From: Gemmatimonadaceae bacterium
GTDB lineage: Bacteria; Gemmatimonadota; Gemmatimonadetes; Gemmatimonadales; Gemmatimonadaceae
DNA length: 64,000 bases
NCBI GenBank assembly: GCA_051859245.1
Contig: JBHYGA010000001.1
Coordinates: 1,469,722 to 1,533,721, forward strand
Reading direction: 5' to 3'
The stretch's first letter is position 1; each line of letters begins with the position of its first letter. Both the position numbers and the translations under genes were made by a program. Positions 8,904 through 18,008 of this stretch are shown here, one piece after another. The notes below the pieces were generated by a model. The model made no database searches. It was not told the DNA's origin and saw nothing but the letters and a program-made list of their open reading frames with translations.

Positions 8904-11681
8904 ATGCTTGCTGCCGAAATCCGCTCCCGATTCCTCGCGTTCTTCGAACGCCAAGGCCACGTCATCCGACCGTCGGCCTCGCTCGTCCCTGGTGACGACC
9001 CCACGTTGTTGTTTACGAACGCCGGCATGGTGCCGTTCAAAAAGGTGTTTCTCGGCCTCGAGGACCCCGAGTTTGGACGTCGCGTCACCACGTCGCAGAA
9101 ATGCGTGCGTGCCGGTGGTAAACACAACGACCTCGAGCAGGTGGGCCACACCGCGCGCCATCACACGTTGTTCGAGATGCTCGGCAACTTTTCGTTTGGT
9201 GACTACTTCAAGCGCGATGCGATTCGTTTCGCGTGGCAGTTTGTCACGGAGGAGTTGCAACTCTCGCCCGAGCACCTGCGCGTCACGGTGTTCTACGAAG
9301 ATGATGAAGCGCGCGAACTGTGGCGTGAGATTTCCGGCTTGCCCGCCAATCGCATTTACGGACTCGGGCACAAAGACAACTTCTGGCAAATGGCCGACAC
9401 GGGTCCGTGCGGACCGTGCTCCGAGATCTATGTAGACCTCGCGGCCGTGGCCAAGGATTGGGCCGTACCGCAAGGCGCCACCGGTGCGTGGACTGACAGC
9501 AGCGTCACCGATTTCTCGCAAGATGATTTTGTGGATGGCGCCGAAGCCGGCCGCTTCCTCGAAATCTGGAACCTTGTGTTCATGCAGTTCGATCGCCAGG
9601 CCGATGGCACACTCGTGCCGTTGCCCAAGCCGAGCGTTGACACCGGCGCTGGTCTCGAACGCATCGCGGCGGTGAAGCAGGGGGTCACCAACAACTTTCA
9701 CACGGATCTCTTTGCGCCGTACATCGCAAAGGTCGAAGAGATTGTTGGCATCTCGTATCCGTGGCGTCCGGGTTCAGGGGACGGCACGGCGCACACGCCC
9801 GATGGACGCGTGGTGGATTCCGCGTCGTATCGTGTGATTGCTGACCACGCGCGCGCCGTGGCGTTCTTGTTGGCCGACGGCGTGTTCCCGAGTAATGAAG
9901 GGCGTGGATATGTACTGCGCCGCATCTTGCGTCGCGCCGTGCGTCACGCGTGGTTGCTGGGTCGCCGCGAGCCCACGCTGGTGCATGTGGTCGATGTCGT
10001 GATTGACAGCATGAAAGACATCTATCCGGATCTCTTCACGCGTCGCTCGCACCTGTTGGCAACGACGCGTGCGGAGGAAGAACGATTCCTCGCCACGATC
10101 GACGGCGGCATGGAGCGTTTTGACCAGCTCGCACCTACGAGCAGTACACAGGGTTCAAGTGCGGTGCGTGGGACGATTGCGGGCGAAGATGTGTTCCGCT
10201 TGTATGACACCTACGGATTCCCGGTCGACCTCACGGAACTGATGGCTCGTGAGCGCGGATACCTGGTGGACTTTGCGGGATTCGAAGCGGCGCTCGGCGC
10301 GCAACGCAAACAATCGCAAGACGATCGCAAATCGCGCGGACTCACCGTCAGTGCAGACGACTTTGCGGATCCTGCCGCCTGGCAGCGCGCCGCCGATGAT
10401 GAGTCGAACGGCGCCTTTGTTGGATACACGCGCACGGAAGCGGAGACCGAAGTCACGGCGGTCCGCTCGCTTGACGATGGACGCGTGGCCGTCATGCTGC
10501 GCGAATCGCCGTTCTATGCAGAGTCTGGTGGACAGGTCTCCGACCACGGCGAAATTGTTGGCGAGGGTTGGCGCGTTGACGTGGTCGATGTGAAGAAGGC
10601 CGACGGTCGTATTGCGGCGATCGGCACGGCAACGGGCACCGTAACGTTCGGACGCGCGACGGCGCGCGTTCCCGCCGATCGCCGTCGTGACATTGAGCGC
10701 AATCACACGGCAACACACTTGCTTCACGCCGCATTGCGCGAACAGCTGGGTGAGCATGTGCATCAAGCGGGTTCATTGGTTGCACCGGAGCGTCTGCGAT
10801 TCGACTTCACGCATCATGGACCGCTCACGCAGGAACAGTTGGCATCCATCGAGCGACAGGTCAACGAAGGCATCTGGCACGCGGCGGCCGTTGACATCAC
10901 CGAGCGCAAGTACGCCGACGCCGTAGCAGCAGGCGCGATGGCGCTGTTCGGCGAGAAGTACGGCGACGTGGTGCGCGTGGTGAACATTCCCGGGCTCAGC
11001 ACGGAGTTGTGCGGTGGCACGCACGTGCGCAACACGGCGGAGATCGGTCTGTTTCGCATCGTGAGCGAAGGTGGTGTTGCCGCCGGTGTGCGTCGTATTG
11101 AAGCGGTAACCGGTCGCCGCGCATTTGCGCTGCTCAGCGAACGTGATGCCAGTCTCTCCGCGATTGGTCAGCGTCTCAAGGTGCAGCTCGGTGGTGGAAC
11201 GGCACAGCTCGAAACACTCGAGAAGAGAGTTGATGCGCTTATTGAAGAGCGTCGCACGCTTGAGAAGAAGCTCGATGAGGCGATCAAGAGCGGTGGCGCC
11301 GCGTCGGATGCCACGGCCGCGTTGCTTGCGTCGCGCAAGGATGTAAACGGTGTGAGCTTGATCGCGTCGCGCGTTCCGGCAACCGATGTGAAGTTGCTGC
11401 AGGCACTTGGCGACACGATGCGTGAATCCATGGGCAGCGGTGTTGCGGTGCTCGCCGCGGACTTCGGAGACGGGAAAGGCGCATTGCTCACGGTGATTAC
11501 CGACGATCTGCGCGAGCGTGGTCTGCGTGCCGATGCCATCGTTCGTGATATCGCGGTGATCGTTGGCGGCCGTGGCGGCGGTAAGCCGCACATGGCGCAG
11601 GCGGGATTGCCGGACAGCTCGCGTATTGACGAGGCGCTGGCCGCGGCCGATGGCGTTGTTCGCGCCGCGGCGGGCGCATAG
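8904..11681 (+). CDS. alaS: Alanine--tRNA ligase
   Basis: DPTLLFTNAGM, HHTLFEMLGNFSFGDYFK, NHTATHLL, ELCGGTH and GGGKPHMAQ motifs. Confidence 0.99.
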   Translation: MLAAEIRSRFLAFFERQGHVIRPSASLVPGDDPTLLFTNAGMVPFKKVFLGLEDPEFGRRVTTSQKCVRAGGKHNDLEQVGHTARHHTLFEMLGNFSFGDYFKRDAIRFAWQFVTEELQLSPEHLRVTVFYEDDEARELWREISGLPANRIYGLGHKDNFWQMADTGPCGPCSEIYVDLAAVAKDWAVPQGATGAWTDSSVTDFSQDDFVDGAEAGRFLEIWNLVFMQFDRQADGTLVPLPKPSVDTGAGLERIAAVKQGVTNNFHTDLFAPYIAKVEEIVGISYPWRPGSGDGTAHTPDGRVVDSASYRVIADHARAVAFLLADGVFPSNEGRGYVLRRILRRAVRHAWLLGRREPTLVHVVDVVIDSMKDIYPDLFTRRSHLLATTRAEEERFLATIDGGMERFDQLAPTSSTQGSSAVRGTIAGEDVFRLYDTYGFPVDLTELMARERGYLVDFAGFEAALGAQRKQSQDDRKSRGLTVSADDFADPAAWQRAADDESNGAFVGYTRTEAETEVTAVRSLDDGRVAVMLRESPFYAESGGQVSDHGEIVGEGWRVDVVDVKKADGRIAAIGTATGTVTFGRATARVPADRRRDIERNHTATHLLHAALREQLGEHVHQAGSLVAPERLRFDFTHHGPLTQEQLASIERQVNEGIWHAAAVDITERKYADAVAAGAMALFGEKYGDVVRVVNIPGLSTELCGGTHVRNTAEIGLFRIVSEGGVAAGVRRIEAVTGRRAFALLSERDASLSAIGQRLKVQLGGGTAQLETLEKRVDALIEERRTLEKKLDEAIKSGGAASDATAALLASRKDVNGVSLIASRVPATDVKLLQALGDTMRESMGSGVAVLAADFGDGKGALLTVITDDLRERGLRADAIVRDIAVIVGGRGGGKPHMAQAGLPDSSRIDEALAAADGVVRAAAGA

Positions 11682-11685
11682 TGAA

Positions 11686-12024
11686 ATGAACGTGTCGAAG
11701 GCGTCTCAGACGGTGTCCGATTGGCTGGAGGCGGTGCAGCCCGCGCCGCCACCAGCGCTCATGGCTCGTTTGCGTGAACTGCTGGCGCCCCATGCCCATC
11801 GGCCTCTGCAGGAGGCTGCTGAGAGCTGCCTCGCGGCGGGTGAGACGCAGCTCGCGGCCATGCTGTCGTCTCAGGCGACAGACCGGGGTTCGGCGCTGGA
11901 CCTGCTCGCCGTGGACGCGCTCGCGACGTATGCTTTCGAAGCGGCGGCTGATTCCCCAGCCATGCTGGAGCAGCTCGCGAACGATGCCATGACACGTATT
12001 GCGGAGATCCCGGAGGCGTCCTGA
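11686..12024 (+). CDS. Hypothetical alpha-helical protein (~112 aa)
   Basis: Fills the gap between alaS and the phosphatase with tight spacing; contains ALDLLAVDALATYAFE. Confidence 0.65.
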   Translation: MNVSKASQTVSDWLEAVQPAPPPALMARLRELLAPHAHRPLQEAAESCLAAGETQLAAMLSSQATDRGSALDLLAVDALATYAFEAAADSPAMLEQLANDAMTRIAEIPEAS

Positions 12025-12773
12025 TCGACCTGCACACGCACCTGCTGCCTGGCGTTGACGACGGCTCACCCTCCGTGGAGGTCAGCCTGCCGGTGCTTGA
12101 GCGGTTCGCGCAGGAGGGCGTTACGGTCGTGGTGTGCACGCCGCACCTCAACGCCTCACAGGCGGCGAGCGCGCCTGCTGAGCGGCATCAGGAGATTCTT
12201 GCGCAGCTGCGGGCCGCCGCCGGGGCCGGAGCGCCTGAGCTCCGCCTGGGCTGGGAAATCATGCTGGACCAGCCGGGCACAGATCTCACCGATATGTCGC
12301 TCACGCTGGGCGACTCGCGCGCACTGTTGGTGGAGTTCAGCATTGGCGGCATTCCGCGCGGGGCGGTGCAGGAGTTGCGGCGCATCGCACGGTCCGGGCG
12401 TACGCCCATTCTGGCGCATCCGGAGCGGTACTACGGGTGCACGGTGGCGCTGGTGCGCGAGTTCCGGAAACTCGGCGTCGTGATCCAGACGGATGTGAAA
12501 GTGATGTTGGGTCGCGGCGCGCCAAGCGAGCTGGCGCGAGACCTCCTGGCGGCGGGGCTCGTGGACATTCTGGCGTCGGACAACCATGGCGACGCCCGGT
12601 CGCTCGCCCCCGGTCGGGATTGGCTCGTGAGCAACGGGGCGACCGCCGAGCAAGTTGAACTGTTGACGCACCGAAACGCCGAGTTGGTGTTGGGCGACGA
12701 AGATCCGATTCCTGTGCCGCCGTTGGCTACCGGTGGCGCGCTGCAGCGATTGCGGCGAATGTTCGGGCGCTAG
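12021..12773 (+). CDS. PHP-family Mn-dependent protein-tyrosine phosphatase (CpsB/CapC/YwqE type); probable CTG start
   Basis: In-frame (L)IDLHTHLLPGVDDGS upstream of the called GTG; TPH, AHPERY and ASDNHG motifs. Confidence 0.88.
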   Translation: MIDLHTHLLPGVDDGSPSVEVSLPVLERFAQEGVTVVVCTPHLNASQAASAPAERHQEILAQLRAAAGAGAPELRLGWEIMLDQPGTDLTDMSLTLGDSRALLVEFSIGGIPRGAVQELRRIARSGRTPILAHPERYYGCTVALVREFRKLGVVIQTDVKVMLGRGAPSELARDLLAAGLVDILASDNHGDARSLAPGRDWLVSNGATAEQVELLTHRNAELVLGDEDPIPVPPLATGGALQRLRRMFGR

Positions 12774-12859
12774 GTGTGGCGAGGCGAGAACGCTGACGAC
12801 CGAATCATGCGTCAGCCACGCTGGCGCCCGCGTGTTTCCATGACTCAATCAGATACTAC

Positions 12860-13423
12860 ATGACATTGTCTATTACGTCCGCGCTGCTGGAACTCTCGGA
12901 CACTGCTCGACGCACGGCAGAGCAGCTAGAGGCGCAGATCGGCGAGGCCGCGGCCATGGTTCGGGCCACGCTTGAAGCCGGCGGCACACTACTCTTTTGT
13001 GGCAACGGTGGGTCCGCTGCGGACGCCCAGCACATGGCCACGGAGTACGTGGTGCGGTACATGAAGAATCGTAGAGCTTACGCCGCGATTGCGCTGACGA
13101 CCGATACCTCGCTGTTGACCGCCGCGGGAAACGATCTCGGTTTTGATCACATTTTTTCTCGTCAGGTCGAAGCGTTGGGAAAGCCGCAGGATTTGCTCAT
13201 TATTCATTCCACATCAGGGAATTCGGCAAATGTGCTTGAGGCGGCGAAAGCGGCTTCCAGAATCGGGATGAAGGTGCTCTCACTCACGGCCAAAGATGGT
13301 GGTCAGCTCAAGCGGCTCAGCGACCTCACGTTGATTGTGCCAACCGAGCGCACCGATCGGGCGCAGGAAGTGCACCTCTGCATTCAGCATCTGATCTGCG
13401 AGAGCATTGAGGGGAATATTTGA
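12860..13423 (+). CDS. gmhA: D-sedoheptulose-7-phosphate isomerase
   Basis: CGNGGSAADAQH, ND.GFDHIFSRQ, STSGNS and QEVH motifs. Confidence 0.93.
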   Translation: MTLSITSALLELSDTARRTAEQLEAQIGEAAAMVRATLEAGGTLLFCGNGGSAADAQHMATEYVVRYMKNRRAYAAIALTTDTSLLTAAGNDLGFDHIFSRQVEALGKPQDLLIIHSTSGNSANVLEAAKAASRIGMKVLSLTAKDGGQLKRLSDLTLIVPTERTDRAQEVHLCIQHLICESIEGNI

Positions 13424-13782
13424 TCTGAGCGAACATAAGTGTCTGCAAACAGTTGTGGACTATTCATTTAAAACCTATTACATAAAGTAATGTCTCAGAT
13501 AGAACCCAGGTTGATAAACCTCGTGAACAAGCGCGCGATCGTCACTGGCGCGTCGCGCGGCATCGGAGCGGCCACTGCCAGGCTGCTCGCTGCCGCCGGT
13601 GCGCACGTCATCGTTGCGTACCGGTCCAAGGCTGCCGAAGCCGAGTCGGTGGTACGGGAGTGTGAGGCATTCGGCGTGAAAGCTTTTCCACAAATGGCAG
13701 ACTTATCCACAAAAAGCGGAAATAGGGAGCTCGTGAATGCCGCCGTCGAGAAGCTCGGCGGTGTGGATATCTATGTGGGAAA
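13424..13782. other. AT-rich segment with clustered DnaA-box-like 9-mers (oriC candidate)
   Basis: AT-rich 13461-13491; TTATCCACA 13703-13711; TTTTCCACA 13684-13692; TGTGGATAT 13762-13770; 2-mismatch boxes at 13454, 13509 and 13774. Confidence 0.45.
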
Positions 13783-14266
13783 CTCAGGCGTTTGGCCCGA
13801 TTCGCCCGTGCCCGTGACCGAGCTTGACGACGACCGGTGGCGCTCCTCCATGTCGCTGAACCTCGACGGCATCTTCTGGGGATGCGCGGCGGCTGCCCGC
13901 GCAATGACCGACGGCGGGCGGATTGTGCTGGTCTCCAGCACCGCTGGTCAGCGCGGCGAAGCCTTCCATGCCGACTACGCCGCCACCAAGGGAGCCATGA
14001 TTTCCTTCGTGAAATCGCTGGCCGTTGAGTTGGCGCCTCGGGGAATCACCGTGAACACGGTTGCACCGGGCTGGGTCGACACCGACGCGGTAACCAGGCC
14101 CTTTGCAGGTGACGGGCGCGCCCGGATCGAAGCCGCGATTCCGCTCGGTCGTGTAGCGTCGCCGGCCGATATCGCCGGCCCGATTGCGTTCCTTTGCAGC
14201 GACCTCGCCCGCCACGTCACGGGTGAAGTGCTCAACGTGAACGGCGGGAGCGTTCTCTGCGGATAG
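13490..14266 (+). CDS. SDR-family oxidoreductase (FabG-like)
   Basis: TGASRGIG, YAATKG (YxxxK), VAPGWVDT and TGEVLNVNGG motifs. Confidence 0.92.
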   Translation: MSQIEPRLINLVNKRAIVTGASRGIGAATARLLAAAGAHVIVAYRSKAAEAESVVRECEAFGVKAFPQMADLSTKSGNRELVNAAVEKLGGVDIYVGNSGVWPDSPVPVTELDDDRWRSSMSLNLDGIFWGCAAAARAMTDGGRIVLVSSTAGQRGEAFHADYAATKGAMISFVKSLAVELAPRGITVNTVAPGWVDTDAVTRPFAGDGRARIEAAIPLGRVASPADIAGPIAFLCSDLARHVTGEVLNVNGGSVLCG

Positions 14267-14298
14267 ACCGCCACGCGCGTCTGGAGCCACCGGCGCCC

Positions 14299-15564
14299 GT
14301 GCTCGACCTCGCCCGCACATTGGTCAAGGCGGGCTTCGAAACATGGTGTGTGGGTGGCGCCGTGCGGGACGCCTTGCTCGGCATATCGCACCTCGATTGG
14401 GACCTGGCGACGGCCGCGACGCCTGACATTGTACAGCGGCACTTCCGGCGCACCGTGCCGATCGGATTGCGATTTGGCACGGTCGGGGTGATCGATAGCC
14501 GCGGCCACATGCACGAAGTCACCACCTTTCGCCGCGACATGAAAACGGACGGTCGCCACGCCGAGGTGGAGTTTGGCGTGTCGTTGGTGGATGACCTCGC
14601 GCGCCGCGATTTCACCATCAATGCGATGGCCTGGGATCCCATCGGTCAGCGGCTCGAGGATCCCTTCGGCGGTCGCGATGACCTCGAACGAGGGCTCGTA
14701 CGGGCGGTCGGCGACCCGGAGCAGCGGTTCGCGGAAGATCGTCTGCGCGCACTGCGGGCGATCCGATTCGCCGCTCGGTTCGGCTTTTCGATCGAACCTG
14801 CAACCTGGAGCGCAATCCGCGCCTCGGCGCCGCATCTCGGCAGGCTTTCCGCCGAGCGCGTGAAGCAGGAGCTGGAGAAGACGATGGAGCAGGTGGCGCG
14901 GCCGAGCGTAGCGCTCACGCTCTGGCGGGAGAGTGGCGCGTTTGCCACGCTTATTCCGGCGCTCGCGGATGTGTCTGACCGCGCCCTGTTGGCTGCGGAT
15001 GCGCTGCCGTTCCGTGCGCTGCCAACACGCCCGCTGCGCCGCACGTTGCGTCTCACCACGCTGTTTGCTGAAACCGATCCACGCGTCCTCCCGAAGCTGC
15101 TCAAGGAGATGAAGTTCTCCAATCATGAGGTCACGGTGATCGGCGCCCTTGTCTCCAACTGGCACACGCTCGGCGCCGCGATTGCGACGCGAATCACAGC
15201 GTCTGCCCCAGTGCCGGACGTAGATGTTCGTCGTTGGGTTGCGCGTATCGGTCGATTGCGCGTGTCGGCGTTCTCGCGTCTGGCCGCCGCGATGTGGTGG
15301 AGTGATGCGCAGCGCGGAGTGTCAGCGCCGACCGCTGTGCAGTCGCGCTCGTTGCACCGCCGCATGCTGACCATTGCGTTTCGCGATCCGCTTGACGCCG
15401 CTGATCTGGCGGTGGACGGCGAAGACCTTCGACGCGAAGGCGTGGCGCCAGGCCCGGCGATGGGCCGCGTGCTGCACGCCCTCACCGACTACGTTCTTGA
15501 AGATCCAGCGCGCAACACGGCCAGTACATTGCTGGCCGAAGCGCGGCGTCTTGCGCAGCCATAA
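14299..15564 (+). CDS. cca: CCA-adding tRNA nucleotidyltransferase (class II); start may be slightly upstream
   Basis: VGGAVRD, DWDLAT, RRDFTINAMA and EDRLRALR motifs; flexible loop DGRH; lacks the poly(A) polymerase G-R-R-F signature. Confidence 0.88.
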   Translation: MLDLARTLVKAGFETWCVGGAVRDALLGISHLDWDLATAATPDIVQRHFRRTVPIGLRFGTVGVIDSRGHMHEVTTFRRDMKTDGRHAEVEFGVSLVDDLARRDFTINAMAWDPIGQRLEDPFGGRDDLERGLVRAVGDPEQRFAEDRLRALRAIRFAARFGFSIEPATWSAIRASAPHLGRLSAERVKQELEKTMEQVARPSVALTLWRESGAFATLIPALADVSDRALLAADALPFRALPTRPLRRTLRLTTLFAETDPRVLPKLLKEMKFSNHEVTVIGALVSNWHTLGAAIATRITASAPVPDVDVRRWVARIGRLRVSAFSRLAAAMWWSDAQRGVSAPTAVQSRSLHRRMLTIAFRDPLDAADLAVDGEDLRREGVAPGPAMGRVLHALTDYVLEDPARNTASTLLAEARRLAQP

Positions 15565-15566
15565 AG

Positions 15567-16094
15567 ATGGAGCCCGCGGTGTCTGAAGAGCTGCAGTTGC
15601 GTGTGCCGCGGTTCCGGCCGTCGAACGATTGGTTCGTTTCACGGCGCAGCGGCGCGATTCACGAGGTTTTTGTGTGGTCGCACGCGGAACGGTTGATGCA
15701 ACTGATGTACGAGCTCAGCGAGTATCTCGATCCCGAAGTTGATGTCAGCATTGAATCGCGCCGCGATGGTCGCGCGTGGCACGGGAGTGTGCTTCCACTC
15801 AACGAAGTGCGAGCGACGATCGAAATGCTGGCGCAGTCCATGGCGCAGTTTGGGGGCGTTGAGCTGAGCGTGTACACGGCTGATGATCAGATCACGATTA
15901 CCTCGTCACTCGGTTTGGTGATCTACGCGCGCTCTGATCGCTGGGTGTATTTGCTTGAGGCGATGGGTTTCGTCGAGCGCGCGAGCCCGCCGCAACCGTC
16001 CTGGAACGCTGACGGCGCGCCATTGGAGGGTGCGCCGGAGCTTCTGCGTGATCTTGAGCTGGCCGCACGACAGCTCAAGCTCAGCACCGTGTAA
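15567..16094 (+). CDS. Hypothetical protein
   Basis: 175-aa ORF tightly packed between cca and rarA; no family recognised. Confidence 0.7.
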   Translation: MEPAVSEELQLRVPRFRPSNDWFVSRRSGAIHEVFVWSHAERLMQLMYELSEYLDPEVDVSIESRRDGRAWHGSVLPLNEVRATIEMLAQSMAQFGGVELSVYTADDQITITSSLGLVIYARSDRWVYLLEAMGFVERASPPQPSWNADGAPLEGAPELLRDLELAARQLKLSTV

Positions 16095-16111
16095 GCTGAC
16101 GAGATACGGAA

Positions 16112-17494
16112 ATGTCGTCGCTCTTTTCGGCTCAGGTCTCGGAACCGCTTGCCTCACGATTGCGTCCGCGCACGTTGAGCGAGATCGTGGGACAATCGCA
16201 TTTGCTCGCCGTGGGTGCGCCACTGCGCGCGGCAATCGATCGGCGCGCGATCGACTCGCTCATTCTTTGGGGCCCGCCGGGAGTCGGAAAAACCACGCTC
16301 GCCCGTTTGCTCGCGCAGGCCACCGACGCGGAGTTCGTTTCGTTCTCGGCCGTTAGTGACGGCGTGGCGCGTGTCCGTGAAATCGTGGCCGATGCGCAGC
16401 GTCGACGTGAGTTTGGTCGCGGAACGCTGCTCTTTGTTGACGAGATTCATCGCTTCAATCGCGCGCAGCAAGACGCGTTCCTGCAACACGTAGAAGCGGG
16501 CACAGTGGTCCTCGTTGGTGCCACCACCGAAAATCCGTCGTTCGCGCTCAACGGAGCATTGCTGTCGCGCGCACGCGTTCTGGTGCTCGAGCCGCTCTCC
16601 ATCTCCGACCTCACGCAGCTGGCAACTCGCGCGCTTTCGGATGGTGATCGAGGACTCGGCAGTCGATCGCTGCGACTGTCGGATGACGCGAGTGCCCAAC
16701 TTGCCGAACTCAGTGATGGTGACGCACGTCGCATGCTTGGCGTTCTTGAAGCTGCCGCCACGCTCGCCGAAGACGGCGCCGAGATCACAGTTGAGCAGAT
16801 CGTGCAGGCCGCACAGCGCCGCATGCCACGGTACGATCGGAGTGGGGAAGAGCACTACAATCTGATTTCCGCATTACACAAGTCGCTGCGCGGAAGCGAT
16901 CCGCAGGGTGCACTCTACTGGCTCGCCCGCATGATACAGGGCGGGGAAGACCCTCGGTTTATCGCGCGACGCATGATTCGCATGGCGACGGAAGATATCG
17001 GGCTCGCGGACCCGCAGGCGCTGCCGCTGTCCATCGCGGCTGCCGAGACGTTTGAACGACTTGGTTCGCCGGAAGGTGAACTCGCGCTGGCTGAAGCGGC
17101 GGTGTACCTCGCCACCGCGCCGAAGTCGAACCGCGTGTATGTGGCGTGGAAGGCCGCCATGGAAGCGGCGGCCGAAACACCAAGCGCGGCCGTGCCGCTC
17201 CATTTGCGAAACGCGCCCACCAAGCTCATGAAGGAACTCGGGTATGGCGCCGGGTACCAGTACGCATTCGAAAGCGACGACGCGTACGCCCCGCAGGACT
17301 ATCTGCCCTCGGAGCTGGCGTCGCGTAGCTTTTATCAGGCAGGGCCATTTGGCTTTGAGCGGGACATCGCAAAACGAATGGCGTGGTGGCAAACCCTGCG
17401 TGATCGCACCGTCGATGGTCCGGGACCACTGGCCGCAACCGACACTACTCACTCGCGAGACGAAGGATCACATCATGCGCCCGATTCGAAATAG
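16112..17494 (+). CDS. rarA: Replication-associated recombination protein A (MgsA/RarA AAA+ ATPase)
   Basis: LASRLRPRTL, GPPGVGKTT, DEIHRFN, GATTENP, ISALHKSLRGSD and PKSN motifs. Confidence 0.97.
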   Translation: MSSLFSAQVSEPLASRLRPRTLSEIVGQSHLLAVGAPLRAAIDRRAIDSLILWGPPGVGKTTLARLLAQATDAEFVSFSAVSDGVARVREIVADAQRRREFGRGTLLFVDEIHRFNRAQQDAFLQHVEAGTVVLVGATTENPSFALNGALLSRARVLVLEPLSISDLTQLATRALSDGDRGLGSRSLRLSDDASAQLAELSDGDARRMLGVLEAAATLAEDGAEITVEQIVQAAQRRMPRYDRSGEEHYNLISALHKSLRGSDPQGALYWLARMIQGGEDPRFIARRMIRMATEDIGLADPQALPLSIAAAETFERLGSPEGELALAEAAVYLATAPKSNRVYVAWKAAMEAAAETPSAAVPLHLRNAPTKLMKELGYGAGYQYAFESDDAYAPQDYLPSELASRSFYQAGPFGFERDIAKRMAWWQTLRDRTVDGPGPLAATDTTHSRDEGSHHAPDSK

Positions 17495-17981
17495 TCGCCC
17501 TCGCCGTTCAGCGTTGGCGCGAACCCTGGTCACCGCCGGTGTGGTGGCGCTGGTTGCCGGCTGTGCCACGCTTGGTCGCGCCACATTCGCTGAGCCCTTG
17601 GTTGAGCTGCGCGATGTCAAAGTGGTTGGTCTTGGCATTGATGGCGGCAACGTGGACGTGGTGCTGTCGGTGTACAATCCCAATCGCTATTCACTCGACG
17701 CCACGCGTATGACCTATCGTGTGGATGTGGATTCCGTGCAGCTTGGCAATGGTGCCTTGGATTCACGTTTTGTCGTGCCGAGCGGTGATACGTCTATGGT
17801 GCGCCTACCGATTCGCTTTACCTATCGCGGTTTGGGCGAAGCGGGACGTCAGATTCTTTCCACGGGCACCGTGAACTACCGTGTGCGCGGCGATTTTACC
17901 GTGGTCACGCCGATTGGAAACTTCACGCGGCCGTACGATCGTACCGGACGCTTCAATACCGTGACCGGTCGCGGGCAGTAA
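17475..17981 (+). CDS. LEA type 2 (WHy) domain lipoprotein
   Basis: Lipobox LVAGC; VYNPN motif; beta-rich sequence. Confidence 0.8.
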   Translation: MRPIRNSRPRRSALARTLVTAGVVALVAGCATLGRATFAEPLVELRDVKVVGLGIDGGNVDVVLSVYNPNRYSLDATRMTYRVDVDSVQLGNGALDSRFVVPSGDTSMVRLPIRFTYRGLGEAGRQILSTGTVNYRVRGDFTVVTPIGNFTRPYDRTGRFNTVTGRGQ

Positions 17982-18008
17982 GCCCGCTCACCTTTCTGGA
18001 GCCCGACT

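Noticed and set aside
14257..14301. Possible non-canonical cca start (CTG 14257 or ATA 14263) adding IDRHARLEPPAP
   Set aside because: GTG 14299 with GGAG 12 nt upstream already yields all catalytic motifs; cannot be decided without orthologs
13975..15165. 396-aa minus-strand ORF, and similar long antisense ORFs (17988-18815, 44223-45290, 47347-48336)
   Set aside because: Shadow frames of well-supported genes in high-GC DNA; no recognisable motifs
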